Made by a program: the position numbers and the translations under genes
Part shown: positions 11,401 to 22,032 of the stretch, piece after piece
How the letters are laid out: the number at the start of each line of letters is the position of its first letter
How positions within the stretch are numbered: position 1 is the first letter of the stretch
Source: Phaeosaccion multiseriatum
Taxonomy: Eukaryota > Protista > Ochrophyta, other classes
Assembly (NCBI GenBank): GCA_965112735.1
Contig: OZ218964.1
Coordinates: 2,232,001-2,296,000 of the forward strand
DNA: 64,000 nucleotides
Direction of reading: 5' to 3'
Notes under the pieces: model-generated
Database searches by the model: none
The model's input: only the letters and a program-made list of their open reading frames with translations
Told to the model about the DNA's origin: nothing

Positions 11401-13693
11401 AATTCTTTTTGACGTGGCCAGACCGAAGGACGGTTACACGGAGGAAGGAGAGAATGTGCTCGTTGGTCCTGGAGAGTACTGCGGCACCGTGGGGGTGGAC
11501 GTTCCGACGAACTACCTGAGGGCATACAACGCGATGACTGCAGTCCGAGAGGGATGTGGCATTGAAGCCGCAGAGCGCTCAGCGAGCAGTCTTGAGCCCT
11601 GCTCTCCCGCAAGCAGCGAAGATACTCGTGTGCTCTATTTGAAGAAGGAGGATGCACTACATAGATGGCGGCAAGCTTGCCAGAAGCATGAGGGGGAGTG
11701 GAATTTGACCGGGCACTTCGATGAAGTGCTCTACAGTGCACTAGAGTTCTTCTCCTTGTCTGGCAAAATGCTCGTCACCCCGCGTCTCATCCATTTGGAT
11801 CCGTCGTTACTGAACGAGCTGCTACGGCGGCTGGCTGACCACAACGTCTGCATGTCTGATGAGCTTACGAAGGAAGTCAGAGCCTGGGCACAAGGAAGGA
11901 ACGGTGGGGATACCATCCAGCTACAAGAAGACCATGAGAGATTCTGCTCGTGGGGGGAGGTGACCGATGAGTACTTGCACTTCTTGTGGCAGAGAAAGTG
12001 CTCGGATGGCGGGGGGGAAGTGCCTAAGATGAGCCAGGAGGGCAAGGAGCGCTGGGAGGGCACGGAGCTCTTCAAGCGAATGGTCGACGCGATGATTGTG
12101 AACAATGCCTTGATTCCCGTGGTGCGGAGGAAGGCGCCGGGAGACGGGAGAAGGAACACCTACGTCGCCCCTGTTCGCCTCCCGCCTATGGTGAGTGCAG
12201 ACGAGTTGACGAACCTCCCGTTCTTCAACTTGTCCAGTGGTGAAGCCATTGACCAAAAAAGGCTCTTGTTAGAGACTGGACATGACTTTCTGCCTATAGG
12301 CTTTCTGGACCAGTGCATCTCAGCAGTTGTGGGAGAGATGCGAGCCGAGGTCCAGCGGATTTGGAGGGGTGGCATCTGGCTCAAGCTTGGCCCCAATGAT
12401 GGCACTTTTTGCTGCGATGCAGACCTGCTTCTGTTGGAGACTCGACCACAAAGCTGCGGTGCTGGAGTTCTACTTGCGGTCAAGTCCATGAACCACTTCA
12501 CCAACAGCTACATTAGCGTGGCTTGGGAAGGGATGCGCAAGGTTCTAAAGGAGACCGTGTTCTATGACCGATACTCGTTCATCCTAGGCGACGCGAGCAA
12601 GACTGTGCACAACATTGCGGATGACCTTGAGCGGCACGTGGTGAGAGGTGTGAGTGAGGTAACGTCCGCGCTGACCGCGCTGGCCTATGAGATGGGCCAG
12701 TTGAAGAGTTCACTCTCGAGCGGAGTGACGGCTCAGTTAGGGGAATTGCTCGGGAAATTGGAAGCCCTTCACTGGCGTGAGGAGGGAAGGCTACAGCGAA
12801 TGTTGCTCGACCGCCGGGACGTGGAGAAGCTGATGGCGGAGCTTCGAAGTATGAAAAGGCTGATGCTTGACGAATTCTCTGCCCAAGGCCAACTCTTGCA
12901 GGACCTGTCACAGGAGGGCGAGGGGAAGGACAACGAGGAGAGCGAGGATGAAGGGAGTAAGAGGCTTGCTGCGACGATCCGACTCGCTGAAGACGTCGAA
13001 GACGTTTACAGCCTTGTAGTGGGGCTTCACAAGCCTTTCAGCTACCCAGATATGGTGGTGCTGCTGCCCCTGTGGGACTTTGCGGAGCAGGGGGGCGGGC
13101 TAAGCGACGATGAGAGGAAGGAGGAGGGGTGGAAGACACGATTAGATGCTAGCCCAACGAAGAAGGACTGGAAGGGAACAAAGGAGTACAGGCTGTTCAT
13201 CCGCTGTGCTTTTGACAACACTCTCGTTCCTTCCGGCATCAAGGAGCAAGGATATCCCATCATACTGGAGCGGCAAAAGCACAAGGTGGTCGTGAAGATG
13301 GGCAAAGCTTTACTGTTTGCTGCGAGTGTGGCTGTTACTGCTCCGGCACTAATGGTAGGGGGTTCGCTGCTGGCCGGTCTACTTCTGGGTACTCTTCGAG
13401 AGGTTGGGTCCGGCATAAAGGACCAAGGGTGCAAAGGGGTCGATGCTCTCCGGCGGGGTCAGAATGAGGGCGCCGTTCACACGAAGATCATGGCCGGGAG
13501 CGGTACCGTACGTGCCTTACTAGAGCAGCTGGAGGCGGAGCTGGAGGCGATCAGCACAGACGACGTGTCTTTTGTTAGTTTTAAGGGTAAGATGCAGAGG
13601 TTCGTGAAGGGCGCCCACGCCACGGCAGTATGGGTGCTGAACGAAAATGCCGCCGAGTTTGAGCGGAAGTACCCAGACTGGAGGAAGGTATGA
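8468..13693 (+). CDS. LRR-Roc-COR (ROCO family LRR-GTPase), 13 exons, 1360 aa, no kinase domain; candidate immune receptor
   Basis: Exons 8468-8642 (LRR N-cap, LKALFDATSGSAW..W...W), 8817-8888, 8957-9028, 9105-9176, 9254-9325, 9401-9544, 9621-9692, 9770-9841, 9917-9988, 10065-10136, 10218-10289, 10381-10452 and 10650-13693. All introns are GT-AG phase 1 and the exons join into one open frame of 4083 nt. Roc motifs: KLVLLGQPLAGKT, RTVGI, LDFAGQEDY..HQLFLT, VVGSHLD. Confidence 0.92.
8757..10452 (+). repeat. Tandem exon+intron cassette array (~148-bp period) encoding the LRRs
   Basis: Ten 72-bp exons (GxIPxxLGxLxxLxxLxLxxNxLx) and one 144-bp exon, separated by 68-91-bp introns sharing GTRAGTGGTACGCACACCCGTTCGCGTCCCTTTCACTTGATRTTAGTRTG...AAGAACTT...CAG. 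Confidence 0.95.
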
Positions 13694-14398
13694 GCCCATT
13701 CCCGCCCAGCGTAGGACAAAACGAATGAGTGACACTTTCACATGAACTCTTCCACCAGACGCTGCCATTGCTCCTCTTGCAGCTGACGCTGTCTCTCGTG
13801 CTCCTTCGCCTGCAGTCGCTCTCCTCCTTCAGCCGCTGTTCCTCCTGCTGCTGCGCTCTCGCCTTGCTCTCCTCTTCAAAAGAGCGGAAGATGCTCGCCA
13901 GAGAAGACGCAGGGGCAAAATCGCCAGAGGGACAGAGGAGGGCAAGGAGGACGCGGCTGCCTTGCTTCTCGTGTGCGCCTCGACTCACCGTAAAGTCCCC
14001 GTGCGCCGCTCCTTCTACAGCGTCCCCAGCAGGCAGTCCAGCAGGGGTGGTGGGCAAACATGCGCACGGCTGAGGGGCGGAGGCAAGAAAGCGGAGCAAG
14101 AGGACGCCAGTTTTTGGCCCATCTGGCTGCACCTTAATTCCAGAGAACTTTTGGTGTGTGGTCCTGGCTGTGCCCCTCTCCTTCACTCGCCGCTGTTTCC
14201 CCTCCCCTGTGGCTTACCGACGAACTCGTAGTTTGCGCCCGCCTCCCCGCAGCGTGTGCGTTCATTCACCAACACCAGAGGCCATGAGACAACTCATCAC
14301 AGCCCGCTGCCCCGCCGTCCTTGGCACTCTCAGTCTCCCTTCGTAGTAGCCAAGTCAAAATTTGCATCACGTCCGTCCAATACGCTCTGTGAGCGACG

Positions 14399-14487
14399 TG
14401 TTAGAAGTCGAGCTTTTGCTAAACTGATACCTCCCGGTCTGAATTCAGAGGATAGGTATCAGTTTCGCAAAAGCTCGACTTCTAACA
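14399..14487. mobile_element. 89-bp palindromic non-autonomous element (MITE) with TGT...ACA ends and 4-bp TSD, Ginger-like
   Basis: 34-bp terminal inverted repeats with one mismatch (TGTTAGAAGTCGAGCTTTTGC[T/G]AAACTGATACCT), central palindrome TCTGAATTCAGA, and GACG at 14395-14398 and 14488-14491. Confidence 0.8.
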
Positions 14488-15130
14488 GACGCAAAGCGTT
14501 GACTGTTTGCGGCCAGAAGGCATTGGATCGCTGCTACATCGCTGAGCCTACGGCCTCTGACCAGAGCCATTGCCAGTGAGGTCCTTGCTGAGAGCCGCTC
14601 AAGGGCGTGCCAAGGGAACTGCCGCCCCCATTGTCAGTATCAGCCCCCTCGCAGACACACACTGCCACATAGCCCCACTCGCAGCATGAAACAAAGCGAT
14701 GCGCCCCCTAACAGACCGCACCTTCCTGAGATGAGTTCCTCCGCGACACGAGCATGGCCATGGGCATAGGCCACGTGCGTCGCTCAGTATCCGTCGCCAC
14801 TGATCGCATTCACCTCGGCACCAGCCGGGAGCAGCTTTCGCACAACACTTCCGTGTCCTGCCACAGACGCTGCCATCAACGCAGTTTTCTCCCCTGCCCA
14901 TTCCTACGCTACCGAGATGCTGCTGCAGCCCTCGCATAAGCCACCGCCCGGATGTGGCCCTCAACGCCACCCCCCACGCTCGTCCCCTCCCCAACGGAGC
15001 TGCACAGCCCAGGCACGCATAGCCGCTCGGCACCGCAAGCCATGCACGCCAGCTACGCCGAGCTGCCAGCAGCTGCAGATGGTACCCTAAGGCTCTGAGC
15101 CCGTCCCTGCAGATGGCACCATAAGGCTGT

Positions 15131-18100
15131 TCATCTTTCCCCACCCTCCCTGAGCAGCTGCAGACGCTTGAGGGCGGCCTTGGCCTGCTCATGCGCCCCG
15201 TCGAAGCTGTACACCCCGACGGCAGAAACCTTTATGCTCTTGCTGAGAGCCTTTCCCAGCCGACGCCTGCAGGAGGAGGAGGAGGAGGAGGAGAGCGGGG
15301 TGGGGATAAGGAAGGTTGAGGGCGATTTCGAGTGAGAGCATTTCTCGGTCTCATGGATGGATCAGGATCATGGCATCCCCCACAAGCAGCACTTGGGCCT
15401 GTGGGACTCCCAACCCCTCCCCCCCCCTTCCTCCCCTACGGCAAGCACTCACTTGCTGAGGGCGAAGGCGGTGGGGATGCCCATCTCTTTCGCGCTGAGG
15501 ATGATCTCCGCCACCTACAGGCCAGTGCAGGGTTTGCAGTTGGTGGTACAGAAAGGCATGTGGTAAGGCAGTTGGTCAGTTAGGGCGGGCCAGTGAGCTA
15601 ACCATCGCCAGTTGGAGGAGTGTATGTGGTGTGTGGGCAGAGAGAGACAGAAGGAGAAGGGGCTGTGCATTGATTCGTCGCACCTTCTCGTCCACAGGGG
15701 CCAACTCGCCCGCCTTCGAAGGAGTTGAAGGAGGGGCGCCAGAAGGGCCATTCTCCCCCTTTGAAGGAGGGGCACCAGTAGGGCTCAGCTCCACTTCAGC
15801 ACCGCCGGGCAACAGCGGGGAAGGTGTTGGTGGTAGTCTCGCGCTCTCACCCACATTCGGAGCGACGATCAGGAGCTTGACCTGACACCAGAGCAGTTGG
15901 TGATACAGAGCAGAGTGAACTAAGAGAGGTTTGGTAATGAATTGGCAGGCCGGAAAGGACTGAGGCGCGAGGATGAGACGTTGAGCCCCATGCGCCGCCC
16001 CGCCCCGTGTGCGCGTTTGCGCATGTATTTGTGTGTGTGTGTGTGTGTGGGTGCGTGTGCGTGTGCGCGTCTGTGTATGTATGTCAGTGCTTGTATGCGT
16101 CTGTCTCTGTGTGAGTGGCGCTTCAGTGACTTCCTCTTCCTCCCTGTCAGTGACTTACTCTTCCCGCTTGTACGCCCCTGAGCACCTCTCTCAGACCGAA
16201 CACGAGACGCCGCCGAGCCTTAGCCTTGAGGGGCTCTCGCAGACGCTGCCGCTCCTGGAAGCGGAACAGCTCGGAGAGCATGCCCTTGACGAAACCGTCG
16301 AGCGTTTCGTCCAAGGGGTGCGCTCCGAAGGCGGCGAGGTGCGGGGAGGGGCCCTGGCAGGGGGGGGGGCGGGGCAGGGCATGCAGGGCCCTTGGAACAA
16401 GCAATGGGGGAAAGGGGGGCGTAGGGATGGATGGATCGATAGATGGGTGGGTGGATGGATGGATGGATGGATGGATAGATGGATGGATGGATAGATTGAT
16501 AGATGGATGGATGCATGGATGGATGAATAGATGGATGGATGGATGGATGGATGCATGGATGGATGGATGGATGGATGGTTGGATGGTGGATGGATGGATG
16601 GATGGATGGATGGATGGATGGATGGATGGATGGATGGATGGATGGATGCATGGATGGATGGATGGATGAATGGATGGATGGATGAATGGACGGATGGATG
16701 AATGGACGGATGGATAGATTTATGGACGGATAGAGAGATCGATAGATAGACAAGGGAGAGAGGACAGAGAGGACAGAGGAGGAAGGGTCAGGATTGGGTC
16801 TGACGGTCAGGCTGAGCATGAATTGCGCCCCGCACTTAACATCCACATCGACTCATCGACACGATATCGGCATCATCGACATTGATATCGACATCATCGA
16901 CATTGATATCGGCACCATGACATTGATATCGGCATCATCCACTCTTGCCCCTACCCTATATAACTAAAAAAAAACAATACCCAATACCCACTACCCAATA
17001 CCCAATACCCAATACCCAATACCTGTATTTGGGGGCCACCTCCACGAGAGAGGAGGGTGTGAGGGGGGCCTTGAGCCTGCTCCGGGGGGGGGCTGCTGAC
17101 TCTGATTGGGCCCCAGACACCCACTCGTGCAGGCGCTGCAGAGTCTGCCGATTATTGTTCTGAGGCGCCGAGTACCAAAAAGGCAAACGAAAGAGAAGCA
17201 TTTTTTGTGATTCGGAGGAGAGGACAAGATGGGGAGTGCGAGGGGGGGGTAGGGAGAAGACATGAGGGGGAGAGGGCTCAGCGAAGGCGAGAGAAGGGAA
17301 GGTGGAAGGGAGGGGAGAAGGCGGGGGTTGCTCACTGGGGAAGCTCACTGGGGTAGTTCATTCATTCACTTCAGTCATGAACACAATCTCTCGCGCGCTC
17401 ACTCTCCGACATACTCAACTCACTCACTCACTCACTCACTCACGCACGTACTCACTCACTCACTCACTCGCGCGCTCACTCCCTCAACTCACTCACTCAC
17501 TCACTCACTCGTTCACTCACTCACTCACTGACTCACTCACTCACTCACTCACTCACTCACTCACTTACTCACTTACTCACTCACGTTCTTGCTGGCCCTG
17601 GCCTTCTCGAAGGCTTGCTCCGCGTTCCACTGCTGCTGGGGTTGCGCCTCTCCCCCTGGGGAACCGGCCTCACCCCCCAGGGTACCTTCCACGGTTTCAG
17701 TTCCAGCTGCCGCGCCCGCACCCCCCCCCTCCCTTGCTACCTCAGCAGTTGGTGGTACGGCATCTCCTCGCCCCTCGGTGTCCAAGGTGTCCAAGGTGTC
17801 CAAGGTGTCCAAGGCGGGGAAGTGATGGCAGTGGATGGTCCTCCCCCCGACCCTCCTCCCCTCCAGCCCTTGCACCGCCGCCTCTGCCTCCTCCAAGGAG
17901 CCGTACAACACAGTCACCGTCACCGTCGCATCCCCATCCCCGTCTGGCGCCGCCGTATCACCAACTGCTGACGCATCTCCTCCTCCTTCTCCCCCTCCTA
18001 TGCGCCGCTCCGCTTTTCTGGGCACCCTAAGGTCCCTCACCACCCCGAACTTTGCCGCCATTTCTGTAACGTCTGAAACGACTTCTTCGTACTCGTCGTC

Positions 18101-19266
18101 GTCGCACACCTCGGACTCCGACACGAGGTTGTGCAGCACCACAGCGAAGGTCAAGGCCTCATCTCCCCCCCCCTCTTGCTGCCTCGCTTCATATTGACCA
18201 CTGCTACTGCTACCACTACTTGTGCCGTTGCGGTTTCCGTCCTGCCCCTGCCCGTTCCCCTGCCCCTGCCCATATGCCTTGACCAGCCTCCAGGTGGCCC
18301 TGACAGTCTGCCCAGCGACTCTCCTCCCCTCGAAACCGCGCACCGCGGCCTCGGCCTCCGCAGCAAGGCCGTACACAACCGTCACCTCCAGCCCCTCCTC
18401 TTCGCTCCCTTCGTCCCCCGCCCCTTCCCCTCCCCTTCCCTCTCCCTCTCCCCCTCCTCCTCCCTTCCCCCTCGGAATGACCCTGCTCAGCACGTGCCCG
18501 TACTGCTCCGCCATGTCCTCCACATCCCTGCACACCTCTTCGTACTCCTCCTCCTCCTCCACGTCCTCCTCGCACACGAGATGCAAAAGCGACACAACAT
18601 GGTGCTGTATCACCAACTGCTTCCCCCCCCCCTCCCCCTCCCCCTCCTCCTCCTCGACTCGGAGACAGTTCGCCTGCTTACCCTCCACCACCCTCCCCGA
18701 GAAGCCCTTCACCGCTGCCCGCGCCCCCTCCTCCTCCGCATACCGCACCTCTACTTCAATCCCTCGCTCTTGCACTTGCACTTGCACTTGCACTTGCTGG
18801 GAGCATTGTCCTTCTTCCTCTCCCCCTCCTCCTTTGCCCACGCAACGGGGGACGTGCACACAGTCGATTTGTCCAAAGCGCTCCGCCATTTCTGTAACGT
18901 CCTTGACGACTTCTTCGTACTCATCATCGTCCACAACGTCCTCCTCCTCCACAAGGTGCAACAGACGCACCACCCGTCCTACAGCAGTTGGTGATACAGC
19001 AGCAGTTGGTGATACAAGACCAGGCCCTGCAGAGGCGCCTCCTCCGTCCTTCTCGCCACCAACATGCTGCGATCCGGGCAGGGGGAGGGGAGCCCCCGGG
19101 GTGGGGGTTGGCTCTCCAGGGGGGTGCGCCGCTACTCGTAGCTCCCCCGGCGGTCGGCCCAAGAGGGCCTCCCACTTGGCTTCTCTGTCGAGGAATATCC
19201 TCTTCCAAGATAAGAGGATAAAGACAGGACGGGAGAGGGGAGGGGGGGGCGTAGCTATGAGTAAAG

Positions 19267-19302
<36 letters not shown>

Positions 19303-21459
19303 GTGTGTGTGGGAAGAGAGGCGCCGTGAGCACCGTTCGGCTCTCTGCGGAGGGAGCGCCACCGTACTGCTCTGCACTGCACTTGGCCATCATCAGAGCT
19401 TCCTTCAGCTTCCTTCGGGGAGAGGGATTGGACGCCACACACACGCACACACACACCACACACACGCACATACAGACACATGCACACGCATATACATTTA
19501 CACACAACACACACACACATACACACACACACCTTCTTGAGGCTTGAGAGTTTGCGCTTCTTGGGCCTGCCTGAGAAGGCGGCCTTGTCGTAGGCACGCA
19601 GCTGATGCACGGAGGGTGTGGGGGGGGATGGCGCTGGAGGGAGGGGGGGGGACGTCGCTGTGGCACGGACGGCAGACCGAACCTGCGGAATAGATACACA
19701 AACGTACACGCACGCACGCACACGTATGTCAGCGACAAGAGAGACAAGTAGCGAAACTCTTTGAGCCTTGGCGGTCCCCGAACTGGTGAAGTAAGAACAT
19801 CTACAGCCTTCCTGAGGCTCCCCGCCCTCCGATTCATATCGCCATCCTTATAGCCGGTCAAGCTACGTCACTCACCGTAAGCTGCTGCTGCTGTACCACC
19901 AACTCCTGCAGCTGCACCTCGTGCTTCTGCTTCTGCTTCTGCTTCTGCTCCTGTTCCTGCTTCCGACTCGGGTCCTTGACCTTGTCTGCCTGCTTCTTTT
20001 CCCGTTGTTGTAGCTCCTTTCTCTTGTCGCACTCCGTCTTCCAGTCTGGCGAGCGTACCACCACTACTCTCTCCCCTCCTGCTCCCCCTGCCCCCCCTGC
20101 TCTTCCCGCCTTCTCGCCCTCTCCTCCTGCACCGCTATGGGGATGATGACCGACAAGCGCTGGCCACGCCTTGTCATAGCCCTTCCTGTTGCCCCCAGTG
20201 AGCGGCTGCACCACCCCCTCCTGCTCCTCCTCCTCAATCTGTCGCTTCTTCTGCCCCTGCTGCAGCAGCTGCCTCGAAGTCAACTGCACCGCCAGCTCCC
20301 GCCGCTCCTGCTTTGGTTTCTTTCGCTGCTTTGGCTGGAGCCCTGACTGCTCCATTGGCTCCTCCCCCAGACCCTGTGACTCTAACTGCAGCCGTTGATG
20401 GTCCTGCTCCTCCTTCCGATGTTGCTTCGCCCTCCAGGGATCCAACTTCACCTCCAAGGGGTCCTGCCTTAGGTGGGGCCTCAACTGTCCCCCTACGTTC
20501 TCTGCTGCAGCCCTCCCTCCCCATACCCCTTTCCCTCCTCCTGAAGTCTCTCCGCTGCCAATACGAGCACCAGCACCAGCACCAACGCCAGCAGCAGTAG
20601 CACCAACGCCAGCAGCAGTAGCACCAGCAGCAGTAGCACCAGCAGCAGTAGCACCAGCAGCACCAGCAGCAGTAGCACCAGCAGCAGTAGCACCAGCAGC
20701 AGCAGTAGCAGTAGCACCAGCACCAGCAGCGGTAGCACCAGCAGTAGTAGCACCAACACCAGCAGCAGTAGCACCAGCAGCAGTAGTACCCCCTCCTGGG
20801 ATAAACGGCCTGGCCAAGATGCTGATGCCTTCTCTACTTGCGCTTCGTGTCCAGGGCGAAGGAGGAGCAGCCACGTGACCGACCAAGGCGCCAAGCGGTC
20901 TGGCCTCGAGCCCGAGAGGAACCGCAGCAGGGGCATCGCTTGGGGCTGGGGCAGGTCCAGCAGCGGCACCAGGTAATGCCTTTTCGTCGACTGGCGGCGG
21001 TCCGAGGGAGGGCCATTCAAGCCAACCACTCAGGAGGCCGGGAGTCAGCTCTGCATTTGGGCCTGTGCCACGTCCATGCTCGGATTCCTTCCTCCCTGTC
21101 GACAGGCCAGCAGCGGGGCCAACAGGCGGTCTCGGCCCTCCCACTGTCAGAGCTACTGCGGCTGCTGCTGCGGCGGTCTCATCTCCCCCCTCCCCTCCCC
21201 TCCCCCCGGCATTCCCTCCCTTCGTCCCACGTCCTCCCGAGAACTTCCCCCTCCCTCCAGCCCCACTTGGCCCCTCAGGCCGCGTGACACCTCCCCCCCT
21301 GCCCCCCCTGCCCCCCCTGCTGCTGCTCTTGGACCCTTGGCTTCCTCTCCCCCTCCCCCCCTCCCTGCCCCGCGACCCCCGCCCACCTCTATGGAATCCC
21401 CTACCTCTGCCGCGCTCTGTTCCTGCTGCTCCAACAAATAAAGTCACATTGTCGGCCAT
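15131..21459 (-). CDS. SECISBP2: SECIS-binding protein 2-like (SBP2) with three inserted U2AF65-like UHM/RRM domains, about 1371 aa
   Basis: Exons 21459-19876, 19682-19533, 19201-17585, 17159-17023, 16390-16159, 15881-15684, 15514-15453 and 15266-15131 join in frame (4116 nt). K-rich motif [19 protein letters not shown]; SBP2-type L7Ae domain [33 protein letters not shown]...VKLLIVAPN...[34 protein letters not shown]. Confidence 0.85.
16425..16732. repeat. (GGAT)n intronic microsatellite
   Basis: Visible tetranucleotide tract inside an SBP2 intron. Confidence 0.95.
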
Positions 21460-22032
21460 CCCGTCCCTTGGCGCGTTGGACTTTCCCCTTCAGTCTCAAA
21501 AGGAGCCACGAGATGCTGGTGGACGAGAGTGACACGTCCAAGAGAGGCTCCCCGCTACCCCATAGAAGCATTCATTGCATCGAATAGGTCTCTGCGAGGG
21601 AGACGGAAGTGGACGGGACGGAGAGGGAGCGTGAGGCCAAGCTTTGCGTGTTGGTCCTCCAACTGGCGACGAGGTGGGTTTGATCTTTTTTCTTTTTTCC
21701 TCCCGCCCTCTCCCCCTATTCAATAAATACATCCCTCTCCCCCTAGATCGCTCTTCTTTGTTACGAGCTGGAGCTGGGCTGGAGCTGGCATATTTCCCCC
21801 TTCCATCTTCTGCTCCTTTAGAGCTCTCATGTGCTCTCGTCTCCACATGGAGAAGGCAGAAACAAGGGTCATTCCTTCCTTCCGTTGTGTTGATGAAACC
21901 TACGCTTCACCGCTCCTTAGCACCAAGCCTTCAGGCGGGGCGTGAGAAGCGAGTTCAGAATTGTTTTCAGCCCGTGTCAACAGCATCAGGGGGCAACAGT
22001 CACAGTGTGCCATTGCCGTAAGGCTTTGATAC
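21460..22032. promoter_or_regulatory. Probable bidirectional promoter between SBP2 and the glycosyltransferase
   Basis: Divergent start codons (21459 minus, 22033 plus) with 573 bp between them. No specific elements were identified. Confidence 0.5.

Noticed and set aside
13729-14231. Short ORFs downstream of ROCO (E/Q/R-rich coiled-coil-like on the minus strand)
   Set aside because: Frameshifted and with no recognisable domain; possibly TE debris but not supportable.
7280-14487. Intact LTR retrotransposon with the two 40-bp matches as LTRs
   Set aside because: Similarity stops after 40 bp, no PBS, RT or RNase H is seen, and the right copy has its own TSD.
15131-15133. SBP2 TGA stop as a selenocysteine codon
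   Set aside because: It falls after the complete L7Ae domain, the read-through peptide is short and featureless, and I could not identify a SECIS.
16974-17021. (CCCAATA)n as an interstitial telomeric repeat
   Set aside because: It does not match TTAGGG or TTTAGGG; it is an amplification of the adjacent donor sequence.
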